DNA of 64,000 bases from the NCBI GenBank assembly GCA_040954595.2, contig CM082591.2, positions 2,751,258 through 2,815,257 on the forward strand. Direction: 5' to 3'. Position 1 is the first letter of the stretch; each line of letters starts with the position of its first letter. The DNA comes from Balanoglossus misakiensis. Taxonomy: Eukaryota; Animalia; Hemichordata. The notes under the pieces are model-generated. The model saw only the letters and a list, made by a program, of their open reading frames with translations, did no database searches and was not told where the DNA came from. Shown here piece by piece: positions 13,747 through 30,654 of the stretch. The position numbers and the translations under genes were made by a program.

Positions 13747-15402
13747 TTATTTTGTTAGTTTCAGAAAGAAAAAACTGGAGCTGTGGACAATTGCCGGTTC
13801 TTTGTCTTCTTTGTCGATGTTTGTTTTCGGCAAGAGCTGACAACAGTCTTCAAGAAACTCATCATGTAAGTCTGGTGGTATCCACTGCAGGTGACTCATT
13901 AATGGCCGAAGAAAACCTTTTTTAACGAAAAAAATAGATGCACAAAACACCACCAACTAATGGGTTTTCACTTTGTGCTAGGGGGTCAAATCACATAATA
14001 ATTGCATTCTGGGTAAAAGGTTGACAACTCACTCAACATTTCTGTCTTTGTAGTTAGCATAGATAAACTTATTCAACTGAGTGGATGACTAAGGTGTACT
14101 ACATAAAGATATACACGAGGTTACTTTCAGTCTTACCTTTGCACTTTTCAGCTGTTTGGAAAATTATATCTCTATTGTCAAGTTTAATGACTCTTGGGTG
14201 CATCTTGAATCCGAAACGTGAAACAAACTCATCCAACTTTTGTTGATCACCAATGAAGGGATGCATAGTTGGACGAAAGTCCTGTTGATTTTTTTTTTTA
14301 ATATGGAGATATTACCATGCAGAATCTTGAGATTGGAAGGTCTTGTGTGTGTGTGCACAGTGGAAATAGGTATATGCTGAGTAATAATATTGTTATAAAG
14401 TTTCAGAATGTCCCTGTATCACTTTAACTTATATTTCTTTAACTTGGCAAAAATCGGCCATCTTGAAATTGTGCCGACCGTATGAGATTTTCATCACTCA
14501 CCTAGGTAGCCTAATCCTATTTAAATCAGAGAGAAGTAGGGGGTTCCAATTTACCTGAAGGTACTTGTTCCATTTTGGAAGTTTCGGACCTTCATTGAAC
14601 ATCTTGATGGTTAAGTCTGTGTCATCTGTGGTTTGATAGTTGATAACAGCAGTCCCACCTGGCTTAAGACTCCAGTATATATTCTCAAACACTTTGTCTA
14701 TTCTCTCGATCCAATGTATAACAAGATTGGAGAACACCTTGGTGAACTTGTTCTCAAACTGCGGACATTTATCCTTGAGTGTAGCGATATCAGCGACGAT
14801 GTATTCAGTTTTATCCTGGACTGAGTTATTTTGACGAGCTGATTTAATTGCCTCACCGGAAATATCAATTCCTAATAAATTAGAATAATTAGAATAATTA
14901 TGTTTGCCTCACTAGACACTGTACATGTATGACCTAGGAGTCACAGGTCACAAAGAGAACGATTAGTCACTATAACTATACAAACAGCTTGGACAAAACT
15001 GTTTGTTCACGTCTTAAGCTGGCCTTGAAACGTCTGTCACAGTATACAACATTACATTGATTCTTTGAGTTGACAATGCATTAAAATACATATAATTGTA
15101 ATTATTTACATTATATATGTCATATACTAGTACTAGGAAAAAGGAAATTCTTTTGGCGTCATTTGCAACATGCGCAAAGCCTACTGGACTGCAAAAGTGA
15201 CAAAAGTGACCTTGCCTATTAACGATTTGATGTTTTCCCGTTCTGCAATCATTCGAGTCAGTTCTCCGGATCCACATCCAACATCCAAAACCACTTCCTC
15301 ACTGCCCCACTCGCCATCCAACATGGACAGCAAATCGAGTCCATATTTATGTTGGACTTGACGATTTTGAGAATAATTTGCGTAGGACGAAGAGGCGTTC
15401 AT
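13747..15402 (-). CDS. Class I SAM-dependent methyltransferase, juvenile hormone acid O-methyltransferase (JHAMT)-like
   Basis: Exons 15402-15216 (GC donor), 14871-14555, 14281-14137, 13916-13747. Motif I VLDVGCGSG, LIGIDIS, VFSNLVIHWI, LKPGG, N-terminal YANYSQNRQVQ; about 272 aa. Confidence 0.8.
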
Positions 15403-16251
15403 TCTGCACTTCTTTTGGAGGTTTCACATCACTGAATTGGGTCATCATGTGATTTGAATGAATGATGACTGGTCTCATTTGCATGAGTGGGGGTTACTTG
15501 CCATCCCCTATGTTTTATTTGAAGGGTAGAGTGATCAATTTTATGGGATTGAACATTGTGTGAGTGTGTGTGTCCGCACATGTCTGTATTCAGACAAAAC
15601 TTAATTTGCAGTGTATCCCGGTGCACAGCTGTCACTCTTGTTAGAGTATCACACCATCTTTATTTTGTTAATTTCAGAAATAAAATATAAGCACTGAGAC
15701 TTGCTTACATAAATGACATTGTCGCAAAAAGCTTGATTCAGTCTCCTTTACCTATAATATGTCACTTATTTCTAAAAAATAATATTTTTTTAATCGTCAA
15801 CAATTATAGGATATGTAAGCGTGTGTAATTATGCTTATATCAAGACATCATAAGAAAAACACGTTATTTGTGCAAATTTGGACGACTACACAGTCTGTGA
15901 ATGCAAAACTTACTATTGGAACAGTAATTCAAATTTGGAATCGAATTCATGTGAATATGCTCGATTGATCCACCGAATCTCTGTTTTTCTACGATCAACA
16001 CGAAATATTCATGCGTAAATAGGTACTCCTACACCCAGTTGGGTAAATTTAGACTTTTTGTGTATTTTAACCTTGACTTTTAGCTATTTTAATATGTCTC
16101 CATTCCTAGAATCCGAAACCATTCTCAATATACTGCCAATGACAAACTATGTTGTAGTAACTGCTGAGAAGGGAGGTGTTTTCGTATCTTATTTTCCCGA
16201 TTGGCGATATGTGACAGGTTTTATCTTAACGTGCTCTCAACTTTTCGATAG

Positions 16252-19273
<3,022 letters not shown>

Positions 19274-19703
19274 CACTGATGACTTTCCATGTTGCAGAAT
19301 TTCTGCTGTCAAGCAACATATAGGGAAAACAGTGTACCTGCATTATTTTGCAGGGTGCTTGTTCTTTTGAATCGATATGTTGGAGTAGGGAGTGTGTCAT
19401 TGACCCAGAGTGGACCACTTTGAAACTTATTTTTGACGAATTGTAAATTTTATTCCTTTGTACATATTTGTTTGTATTAATTTTTCCTTCTGTTTTACGA
19501 AATTGGTGGAGTGTGGAATCATTCATTTCCCTATCCCCTTTCATGGAATGGGACCGTATTTCAAAATATTATTTAAAAAATGGCTGAAATGTTCTCTCCC
19601 GAGGGCGCCGTTCGCATCTCTGAAAAGTCAAAGGTCATTGACGGCGCCCTCTAGAGAGGCAAGGCTGAAATGCAGAAGTCACAGCCATGTTTGCTGGAAG
19701 ACG

Positions 19704-22520
19704 CTAATAATGGTAGGTCTGAATATCCCCATAGAAAGGTCTCAGACTGTCAGAGCTGTCTCTGATTCTATTAATCGGGTCACTGCAATATCTAATTTCT
19801 AACATTGGTAGTACGGGCCCCAGCTTCGGTGCCGTGCTTTCACCGGTCAGTCTGCGAAGAAGCCGATCTTCGTCGTCTTGGTTGTCCGGCCAGTCGTAGG
19901 CAATGGTTCCGAGGAAAGACAGAGCGCAGGATTGGTTGCACCACGGTGCCAGCACGGTTATGAATTTCTCGCGTTTCATTTGATAGTCCCTCAGCATCTC
20001 TTCGTAGAACCACCTGCAAAATTCAAGGTATAGGCCTTTACACAGGATGGGTTGACAAGACAACTGTCAGAAGTTTCAACAAATAGATCCCCCCCCCCTC
20101 AAATCATCAAGCATATTACAACTGTGGCTTCTTCAGATTCTGACTGATGAGAATTGTATTTACCTAGTGTTCAGACAAGTTTCATTCTCCAGATCATCTT
20201 CATCGATCTGACATTCTTCCTGATAGGCTGGTGAACACAGAATAATCACGTACGTACTCTGTATAAAACAAAAATATTGCAAAGTTATGTCATTTTAATA
20301 TTTGATTGACACTGTTATGAGCGATGCTGTTCTTGTAGTCCCCCCTGCCTCCCATACCTCATCTGAATTCTTGTCTGAGACCATCTGTATATGTGACGTT
20401 GTAAAACTCACCTTGTCGTAAGTGCGTCTCCTCCATCCAGCTCTATCCCGGCATATTTCCCGGAAATCAGCTCGGTGGTAGTTTCTCTTTGTTAAATCCA
20501 GGGTCACTCTGTAGTTTCTTTTGCGCAAGATATCAGCCAGGAATTTTGCTTCCAAAGTCTGTTGGAATGCGTACGTGATGAAGACATCGTCACGTTGCGA
20601 GATGTCCTCTAGAGGGTGCCTGTTCCCGTCTGTCGATCGCGTATCGCTCACCTTCACATTTTCCCCATCGTGCGAGACTTGTGTAACTTGTGTTGATACA
20701 GAGGTAGTGTCTTCACTACAGTTTCCCCGATGGTCACAGAATCTGCAGTTATCAATATGAGATCGCCGAGTGGAACTATGTGATGTTGCAGACTTTTGGC
20801 CATTTTTCTTTCTACTGACAGGTTTCAATTTAATCTTGCTCGCATTCTCTTTGCTTGGATTTGATTTTTTCGAGAATATATTAAATATGCCCTTAAAGCC
20901 AAAGTTCCTTTTCCTTTCTTTCTGTTCTCTCTTGTGGCCAGTGCGTTGACCAGGTTCTGGACTTTTCACGGTTTTCAAATCACCGACGACACCATTACTA
21001 CGGTGACAAGATGGCTGTGGACTTATTTTAGCCACTTCTTGTGCTGTTCCATTTGCTGTAGGAATATTCCTTCTGTGTTTTGGTTGATCAGATGCATGGC
21101 TTTGAACACTGTCATTATCTCTCACAGATGAGATACTGTTTCTATCTCGCAGAGGCTTGCCTGTTGGTGACCTCTCACCTGGAGGTTCTGTGCCTGACCT
21201 TTGCTCCTGTCTACATGTTGACTCAACATCAACTGACCTTTGCCCGTGTCTGGATGAAGGTTCTGCGGCCACTGACCTTTCACTCACCAGACTGACCTCA
21301 TGTGACCCTTCTGTGGATTCAGGCCACTGGCTCAAATGAGTGCCATCGGGCAGGGTTGGTTGTGAGTGAATGCTTGACGGAACCGGGCCCTCCTCTCCAC
21401 ACTGGCCACAGCTGCATTTCTTTCTGGACTTGCCAGCGGCCATGGCTTGGCGTTTAACTCCATACTGGTCTTCCGAGTCACCAACAATGGATTCCTGGTG
21501 ATCCCGCCTCAGATGTGGAGGTCTGCAGGGTTCAACACCACCACCACCTACTGGCATGTACTCTTTGATAGGTGGTTCACTGGCGCAACATGTACACATA
21601 CTGGCATTGCCAACACTCAGATCATCTCTATTTCCTGAACACCATCGCAAAAACTCTCTGGTAGTTGCTGTCTCTTCATCATCATAGCAGTCTGGTTGTT
21701 CTTCTGCTGGTAACAGATCCACGTCACACGATGGAAGGAAAGTGTTTCTAGCAGATACAGCAGCAGTTGCGTATAGGCCCCTGTCGGCAACTGCATCAAC
21801 ACTGTCATCATAAGTCAACACCTCTCGAGTTCTGTTGTCTAGCCGTCTATCTGGCTGTTCCATTTCAAATGAAATGCAAATGTCAATGTCCCTGTGGCAC
21901 TTTTCAAGCAACCCTGTCCTACGATCTCCACAATGTTCAGGCCTTGGCAAATCTTGATGATGTTGAATGTATGGTTGTTGTTGAGAGCTGTTTCGGTGCC
22001 TGTCTTCCCAAGAGCTTCCAACTCTGGCATTTGGCCCCACAAATGGCACACATTCTCTGTTGACATATTCTGCAGAGCCTTGATACTGCCCAGGTCCCTG
22101 CGTATTGATGTCTTCTACAAAGACTGGTGCACGCGGGGTTTCAGAGGAGGGTTGTTGCGCAAGGAATGACGATCTTGAAGTGACATCCTCCACAAACGCA
22201 GCTGCACCTGGTCCTGCACCTGCACCATCAAGATTGTCACCATCATTACCACTGTCATTGTCGAAATCCATCTCTTGGCTGCCTGGCCGCTGTGCTTGTC
22301 CTTGCCCAAATCCATCACAGCCTGGATATAGGTGTTGCTGCTGTTGCAACAGCCACTCTTGACAACGCTCATCCTGGTTGATTGCAGGCTGCGGTGGCAG
22401 CGCTGCAGCACCCTCTACATACTGGCTGCATTCACTGCCGTCAACCCCACTGTCATCTGTAGTAGTTGTGCTGTAGTAGGAATCCTCATCGAAGTTCCGA
22501 AATTGTTGTTCGTCAGCCAT
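19704..22520 (-). CDS. TRAF3IP2: SEFIR-domain adaptor, CIKS/Act1 (TRAF3IP2)-like, with a long disordered N-terminus
   Basis: Exons 22520-20412, 20258-20164, 20013-19704, phase-consistent. C-terminal SEFIR motifs VFITYA, VTLDL, YVIILCSPAYQEE, LNTRWFYEEM, KFITVL, YDWP, LLRRL, PKLGPVLP parallel Act1; no signal peptide or transmembrane segment. Orthology is not proven. Confidence 0.75.
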
Positions 22521-25500
22521 TTTGTCATGCCTGGCCTGAATGGCCTTCTGATTGGCTGGGGCTGGAGTTTATATTCTGAAACGAACAGACAAACAGCTAG
22601 ATTTCATACCACCACACACAACACTGACTGAACAGCTAAAAATAACGTTTTGTCCCCAGCAACAAGCACGGATACCAGTAAACTCCCAACGCGACGACAA
22701 CAAACATCACACAACTACCAAAAAATGCAGTGACCACCTTTTGACGGCCATGTCATCATTTCCATTCCTTTGTCGTTTAAATCTTTTGGCATGCACATTG
22801 TAGCATGGATTGATGGGACTATGGTAACTTCCTCTCTGACCTCTGTGACATGATCTTTGACCTCTGATGAAAGAGATGTACCATAGAGTTCTATCGACCA
22901 TGGATACACAAGTATGTCGAGATATTGGTATGAAATGTACAAATATGCTGATAACATGTCACTGTGACCTATTCCAGACAAGGTGAAGGTCACATTGGCA
23001 CAAAAGTCAGTTCAAATATTGGCTCCACAGATCGTGGTGACCAGGAGTGTTAGTAATACTTTTCAGGAAGTAGAGCAGAAAAAAAACACATTTGTAGGCG
23101 CAAAGTCCTGAATCAATAACCAGCTGTCAACTACTACCAGTATATATATTGAAACTTTAGGCTTAATGTTTTCTAGGTTTTCAGTGCTATTTAATGAAAT
23201 TGGTTTTTAAAAATACATGACGTGAATATTTGAATGCGCCAAGTGTTGCCATGATATCAGTGTAGGAACCTGTAACAGTGTAAATGTGTCATGTGCGTAG
23301 CAACCAGCATTTAGAAAAGGGTGCGGTTCTTAAAGAAGAATGATGACTATAAATTACTTAACCAGATAACATGCATGTGTGAGTGTAGCAGTGGGGTCCC
23401 TGCACAGTCCAGATCAGTTTTAGTTAGATCTGGGCTAACCCAAGGCTAGCCTTGTAACAAAATTAACAAATAATGGAGTCTTAACTCAGCAGGGACTTTA
23501 TATATATGAACCCAGTGACCTTCAAAATAGTTTCATTTTCGTCTCCTTATTTTCAGATCTTGGTATGTTTTACCAATCGACTCGCTGGTTTAAGCCTCAC
23601 CCTTCTAGCTCAATGCCTCGCCTCACAAAACATTCGCGTACTAGCGAGTTTAAGCATCTGTGACGAGTACAAATGTCGCCGTGCGGGTTCAAATTGCGGT
23701 TAATCCAACACGCAACAGGTAGTTGTTGGTTTTGGGGGAACTAGTACATGACGTACACTATTATGCCACAGTCAGTTTTGGGGGGAGGGGAGGTGTTGGT
23801 GTGTGTGGCATTGTCACTTGTTGTAAAGGCTATGTTTAAACCCCACAACGCTCACGGCAACAGATTACAATGGTGCTATTTAACACCTACATCATGTATA
23901 TAACGGGACTGGAGTTGAATGTGTATTGTGTTCTGACTGGTGATCACCTGGTGATCACCTATAAATAGAAGGCTAAATAGAAGGCAAAAATACACGCACA
24001 GGTCTGTGGTTATTGTTTATACTTACAGAGCAGTCCAAAAACTGACGAAACGACCACATTCAGGGCATCTTTGATGACAAACTCACGCAGTATTCCCCAG
24101 GACAACACCAGTCCAACTTACTGGCGTCCCAGGACCACTAACGTCACTGTGTATGTCAGGGAAATCCCCACACATCGCGCCCTCAATGGTCAACCATGCG
24201 ATTATATATTCCTACCAGAGACAGCCCCATCATATATGATCATATCACAGTCCAGAGAATGTCGCGTGATGCTGGTAGCCTGATCAAAGGCTCGGGCGTG
24301 GTTCACAGAATCAACATAAAAAAATTTAAGGAATATTTATAAATTCTATTTATAGTTTTTGATATTATTATTTAAGCCTCGTGTCAGACTATATAAATGA
24401 AATTAATGGTCTCGTGGTCCTTTGCACTTTGCTAGCAGTGTTTTCGATGAACGAATAATTATTACAGCTGACAAGTTACGTACTGACTAATCTGATTAAA
24501 ATCAGCAGCATCAGAACGCGCACAGTAAAGGCCAAGCAAAGACAAAGACGACGCCTATCTCCACAGCTGATTGAAAGAGATTGGCGTATGCCCTGATATA
24601 AGTTATCCCACGTGACATTGCAAAGGCACAACACACTGTACCTTTCTATATTATCAGGCGCTTTCAATTATTAACAATCTCACTTTGTATTCGTTCGAAG
24701 TTTATGCGTCCATGTCTTTAACAAGTGCCGCCATGTATGATGTCCATGTGATGCAGGCCTATCACTTATCAAGATGGCGATAATCTGGAGTTGATTTTGA
24801 ACTTGAAATCGAAGGGAGCTGCATTCTCGATATTCTGCAGTGATTAAACGGTAAGGTTTGGTCTGAAGTTGTATGGAGCTTGACACAGGTGTGCTTGATT
24901 TGGGTCAGACCACGTGCATAAAATCTTTATCCCTGATGTTTTTTTATATAAGGCTGGTTATTCTCGCGTTAGAAGGCTAATATTCCCCTGGTTAGAAGGC
25001 TTATATTCCCCTGGTCACTAATTTTGTCGTTGTCTATCAACGCTGTCATTGTGTGCTGTACAAACAGCTGATGCGGTTACGTAGTGCATGGTTATGTATG
25101 TCATGACCACCCATACGTGTCGCTACATCACGTGGGCGAACTGCTTCTCGCAATAGAGAGTTCAGCACATGTTATCTGACCATGCGCACAGCGGTCGTGG
25201 TTCAGCCACCTGTTGATCACGTGTCATTGTGAAGACAGGCAAAGTGTATAAGTATTGAACCCTCGCCCCAATTTGTTTTTGTTTATGGGAGTTTGTCAAC
25301 AGATACTATAGCATATTATAATTGATCGAAGTACATGTACAAGGAGCGATGTTCGTGATGATGTGCGCAAAATCCAATGGGGGAGTAGCTTACATTGTAG
25401 AGATAATTTGGAAAAGAGTTCTCATTTTCGTATTTCAACTACCATAGTTATTTATATGGCAAATGAATTCAATTTTCGACGATGACAATGCTGACTAAAC

Positions 25501-25755
25501 GCAAACACACTGTGTCGGTTTGGGAATTCGAAAAAAAGTACAGTGGTTACGTAAAGTAAAAGTAATGAAAGTACGGCCAAAAGTTGAAGGTGACGGTGCT
25601 TATTTAAACGTTTATTACGTCGTTTCCTGTAGGTGTAAGAAATTCGACACGAGTTGATGCGACCACAAGTTGAGGACATCTACTGCACAGGTGCAGTTTT
25701 GGAACCCAGACAGGTGTTTTCAGAATCGCGACTCCGAGACACGTGAGGTACCACC

Positions 25756-28700
25756 ATGGAGTTAGACGACGCGCTTGGCTTGCTTGGCGACTACGGTCTT
25801 TACCAGAACCTGATTTTCTGGCTGGTGTCCATACCAGGGGCGATCTTCGGGGCCTGGCACATCATGGCCATCGTCTTCCTGGCCGGTTGGCCGGACACGT
25901 ACCACTGCGCCATCCCCGAAGGCTCCAACATCAACGACAGCATCCCCATCGTCGACTGGGACGACAATGGCGACCCTGTTTACGACAGCTGTGTCATGTA
26001 CGTGAATTCTTCGGTCGACAACAGCACAACCTCGTGCACGGATGGCTGGTACTACGAGTCCGATTACGCGGAGACAATTGTGACGGAGGTCAGTTTTAGG
26101 GAAAAACCACCAATTGATATTAGGCCACAAAGAGATTTTGGGTTAAAGCAAAGACCAGAAACAGTTTTTTTTCTCGGCCTTAGGCCCTACAAGACAAAGA
26201 GGCGTACGATAATCAAATTGGTCTTTCTCTAATTTCATTTCAGTGGGACCTGGTATGTGACGACGCCGGACTATCCCAGGTGTCCTCGTCCATCTACATG
26301 ATTGGTGTGTTGTTGGGTGCCTTCTCTGCGGGTCACTTCGCTGACAACTTTGGTCGGAAAGCGACGTATCTCGGGTCCATGTGGATCCAAAGTGTCTTCG
26401 GTATACTGGTGGCCTTCACGCAGCATTTCGTCACATTCTGCGTTCTCAGGTTCTTCGTGGGATTCTTTCAGCAGGTGAGTAATCCGTTGCCATGGAGAGT
26501 GGCACCAGCTAAGCATGGCGTCATTTTAATTTGACAGTAAACCGTGAAAATATAAAGCACACAAAAAATTGCAGGTACAGGGGCTGTAAAAGTTTACGTA
26601 ATAGAACTTTCTCCGAATGCAGACAAAGACCAATAACATGCTATTTCAGGCCATGTGTCGTGTTGTGTCTATCTTATCAGAAAACCTCGCTATGTACTCT
26701 TGCTTGAAGACACTTTAAAATTATCATGGTTAGGTTTTCTACATTTTATTTTCTATACTCTATATTATTATTTTGACTTCTATTGTTTCGTCTACTTCCA
26801 GGGAGTTATGCTGTCACAGTTCGTTTTGGCAACAGAGCTGTTCACGCCAAGCAAACGAGTCTATGCAGGGTTTCTCAACTGCATGTGCTGGGCGCTGGGT
26901 ATCATGCTGCTATCGCCAATTGCGTATGTCTTCACTCACTGGCGAGCCTTCCAGATTGCAATTTCTGCTCCGGCGCTGTTGACTTTCTATTACTACTGGT
27001 AAGTTCCCGCTGATTGGGTGAATGGTGCCCGTGTTTGTGTTCGCCTGTATGGTAAGTGTTCGCTGATTGGGTGAATGGTGCGCGTGTTTGTGTTTGTCTG
27101 CATGGTAAGTGTCCGCTGATTGGGTGAATGGTGCACGTGCATGACTACTCGGTTTTCTATTGGTTGGCTGACAAACTGGTAATTGTTTCATTCGTCAGAA
27201 GATGAAGCTCATAGACCTGGAACAAATCTAACACAAGTTTGCTTGGCAGGGTGATCCCAGAATCGCTGCGCTGGCTGATTTCAAAAGGCAGAGTGAAAGA
27301 CGCGGAGGTCGTTCTCTACAGAGCCGCGAAAGTCAACAAAGTTACACTGCCAGAAAATGTACTGACAGTCGATGATAAACAGGATACAGTGGGTGAGTGA
27401 TATAATCAGGAACCTTGCATTTGGGCCTGGTAAAGTACCCTTTTTAATGCAAATATCAAATTTGCAATGACCAACCTCGAAACTATCAGCTTTTGCTTAT
27501 TTCTGAATCATTATCAACTGAATAATTTCTGTGTCCTTTTCTCAGCAGATATTTGTGATGAGAAGGACAGTTTGCATTCTGAGAGCGGCCTCTTTGACAG
27601 CAAAGCAACAGCGCCATCTTGTGTTACATCTCCTTCCATGTGCACCAAGGAAAACACAGAAACTGATGATTATGACGATGCCAAGGTCATAGCTGAAGAT
27701 CAGAAGGACCCTACTTACACTTACTTGGACTTGGTGAAAACATGGCGGATGGTTCTGTACACAGCAGTAATGTCGTTTGCCTGGTATGATGATATTGTCG
27801 TATGCTGGTCAGGGTGATGTGTACATGTGGTGGTGGTGGTGGTGTGTGTGATGGGGGAGGAGTCTCAAATTTAGTTCATGTAGATGTTCAAAGACTTTTT
27901 TAGCAGTACGAGTGACTTTTTCTCTCTCGTATCTCTCACAGGTTTGTGAGCAGCCTGGTATATTACGGGATATCGTATAACACCGCCAGTTTCCAGGGAA
28001 GCATTTACGCCTTGTTTTTCCTAACTGGTTGTGTTGAGATCCCAGCGTACGCTCTGAGCATGTTATGTATTGTTTGGTAAGTAAATTGTCTCCATTTTTC
28101 AATTCAAAGGGCACGAAAAAGTGACATAGATACATTCATAGATTCATACGTTCATATATACATAGATACATAAATGTATATACATATTCATGTTATTTTG
28201 TTGTTCATTCCAGGTGGGGAAGGCGATGGCCAACGTGTATATTTCTGTTACTCAGTGGAATAGCATGCGGAAGTGCGATATTTTTCCCAGAAGATACCGG
28301 TATACATTGCTTTATTAAAAATTATCGATTCCCTATAAATTTCCGTTGCGATATCCCCACAAAAACTATAACACTTATCCATTGGTCCTACTACACATGT
28401 ATTTGAGATCTTAAGTTCAGACTATATATACGTGTTGTTTAATACATTTTACCATTGTATCGATTTCAGATCTGCTTGGTTTAAAGGTCACCATCCTTCT
28501 GATCGGAAAGTTTGGCATCACAGGGGCCTTCGGGACAATCTACGTGTGGTCACCCGAACTCTACCCGACTCTGCTCAGGTAAGGGCAATGCCCCTTTAAT
28601 GTATGAGCCGTATTCACAAATTTTGCCAAATTTGGATACGTGTACGATGTGCTGCAGTCTTGTAAGGTAATCTCTGATTGGCCTGTTCCTATGTCACTTC

Positions 28701-29257
28701 TGTAGGTCAGTTTCCTTCTCTATTCTGATTGGCCAGTTTCTCCGTCAGTCCACCATTCAGGTGAAAACTGTCGCATGATAAATGACAACACAAATCATAG
28801 TATTCCATTCTTTTTCAGAAATATGGGATTAGCTGTTTTTGCTTTCTTTGCTAGCCTCGGTGGTATAATAGCGCCCCTAACTGTATACGTGGTAGGTATA
28901 TTTAACACGTTTCATCATTGTTTACTGTAGATATTGAAGAAAAAAAGTGTGCGAGGGAATTAAAGGTTAGAGAAAAAACTTCATGTTTTTTCAGTGTAAC
29001 ATTTACGCCTTGCAATTTTATTTCAGGCATACTACAACATCACCATCCCAATGATTACTTTCGGAGTACTGTCACTACTTTCTGGATTCTCCGTGCTGTT
29101 GCTACCAGAAACCAAGGATAAAGTCATGCCCCGCACCCTGGTTCAAGCTGAACAACTCGCCAAAAGCAAATCACCAAAAGACTCCCATACACCAGCAGAG
29201 GGAGAGGCTAAGCTTGACGCTGCGGTTCAAGCCGATATTGGCGATACAAATTTTTAG
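25756..29257 (+). CDS. SLC22-family organic cation/anion transporter (MFS)
   Basis: About 10 exons (first 25756-26088, last 29027-29257). LGDYGLYQ, Cys-containing extracellular loop, TIVTEWDLVC, ADNFGRK, PESLRWL, WGRR, ELYPTLLR, LLLPETK. Confidence 0.93.
26997..27140 (+). repeat. 53-bp tandem repeat (~2.7 copies) containing the 5' splice site
   Basis: tggtaagt...cgctgattgggtgaatggtgc recurs at 26997, 27050 and 27103. Confidence 0.85.
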
Positions 29258-30654
29258 GGCTGACGTCTTTGATTTTGAGCAAGCGGGCATCCCTCTTATT
29301 ATAAAGACTAGAGCCAATTACATCTCTGCATTGGCGATAAAATAAAAAAGACAGAGAAAACCATACACACTTATTCATTTGCAGCAAAGCTTTATTGTTT
29401 ATCTGGTTATAAGTTGCATATGCACTCATACTTATAGCTGACGTCACATCAAATGTATCTACTTGCTCCACATCTCATTAGCCCGGCCTTTTTGCACAAG
29501 GCGCGATACTCTTATATATATCCTTTCGCGCAGTTAAAAATGAGTCCGTGATTATACCACACATAGGCAGACGCAATATGACACATTCCACAGTGGAAAC
29601 TAAAAGTGACACCTTCAGCTTACAATTAGTACATGTACCATTAAATAATTTAATAAATAATTTAAACAGGAATTGTAACTGGCAAGATGTGCGGCGGATG
29701 GGTACATTGGTCATACGTTGATGTCAGGTCGGAGGGAAAGCGTGGTCAGATTAGATGCAAGGATGATGGCAGAAGCAGCTATGTCGATTGGGACGCGAAC
29801 GGAGGATTGTTTCCACCCTGTAACTTTTGATGCTGCCAGAAATTAACCACCCAGCGTTTCATCACATGTACTACCTTCTTACCAGAGGGTGTATTCCGAC
29901 TCGGAGGAAGAAAGAGCATGCTGCTATCTCAGATTTGATGTGCGACCGAGGTCTGCTGTTGGCCTACACCCGGCCATTGCACTGTTTCCATTCCATCACG
30001 TACACATGCAAGGCTACATTGTCACGTCTCCATCACGTGAACAGTTCCTGGCGTCAGCGTGAAAGTCTGTGTACTCTGGGCACCGTACTCCTCACGGGAT
30101 TTGAGTTATTCAAATCAGTACGCAGACTTTTTCGCTGTCAGCTGTGTCGTCTGATAATAGTGTACAATCACTGCAACATCGTTACTGTTGAAGCGATTCT
30201 GAGAAAGAGACTGATCTTGACTATAACTGTTTTCTAGAAGACCATTTATTCATGATATCCCTATATACATGTACACGTTAATAACTAAAATTCATTCTTA
30301 TATATTCTTATATGCTAGGCGAAATAACTATTTTGAGGGAAAATAAGAAGGCCAACATGCTCCAAAGCGAGCATGCAAAATTGAAGTGTGCCTCGTAATT
30401 GTTAGTCAGGCATTGAATGGGAATCCTCATCCTTTGTTTGTAGTAGACAGAAGCATGAGGGGCGCCCTCAGTGTCCATCAGGGTCCTTGATTGATCACGC
30501 ACGCGTCCCCCCCCCCCCCCCCCTGTCTCAGTCAGTTTTCTTGGCGTTTCTGACTTGGGAGCTGGTTTACTTCACAGACTTGCAAATCAAACAATTCAAC
30601 TCAGTTACTGTTGTTGGGTAAAATGTTTGCATTAAGTTTTATTTTTAGCTTAAA

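Noticed and set aside
29690-30240. 136-aa ORF (29827-30237) in a somewhat GC-richer patch downstream of SLC22
   Set aside because: No recognisable domain in the frames examined and no convincing exon chain; could be a repeat remnant or non-coding exon.
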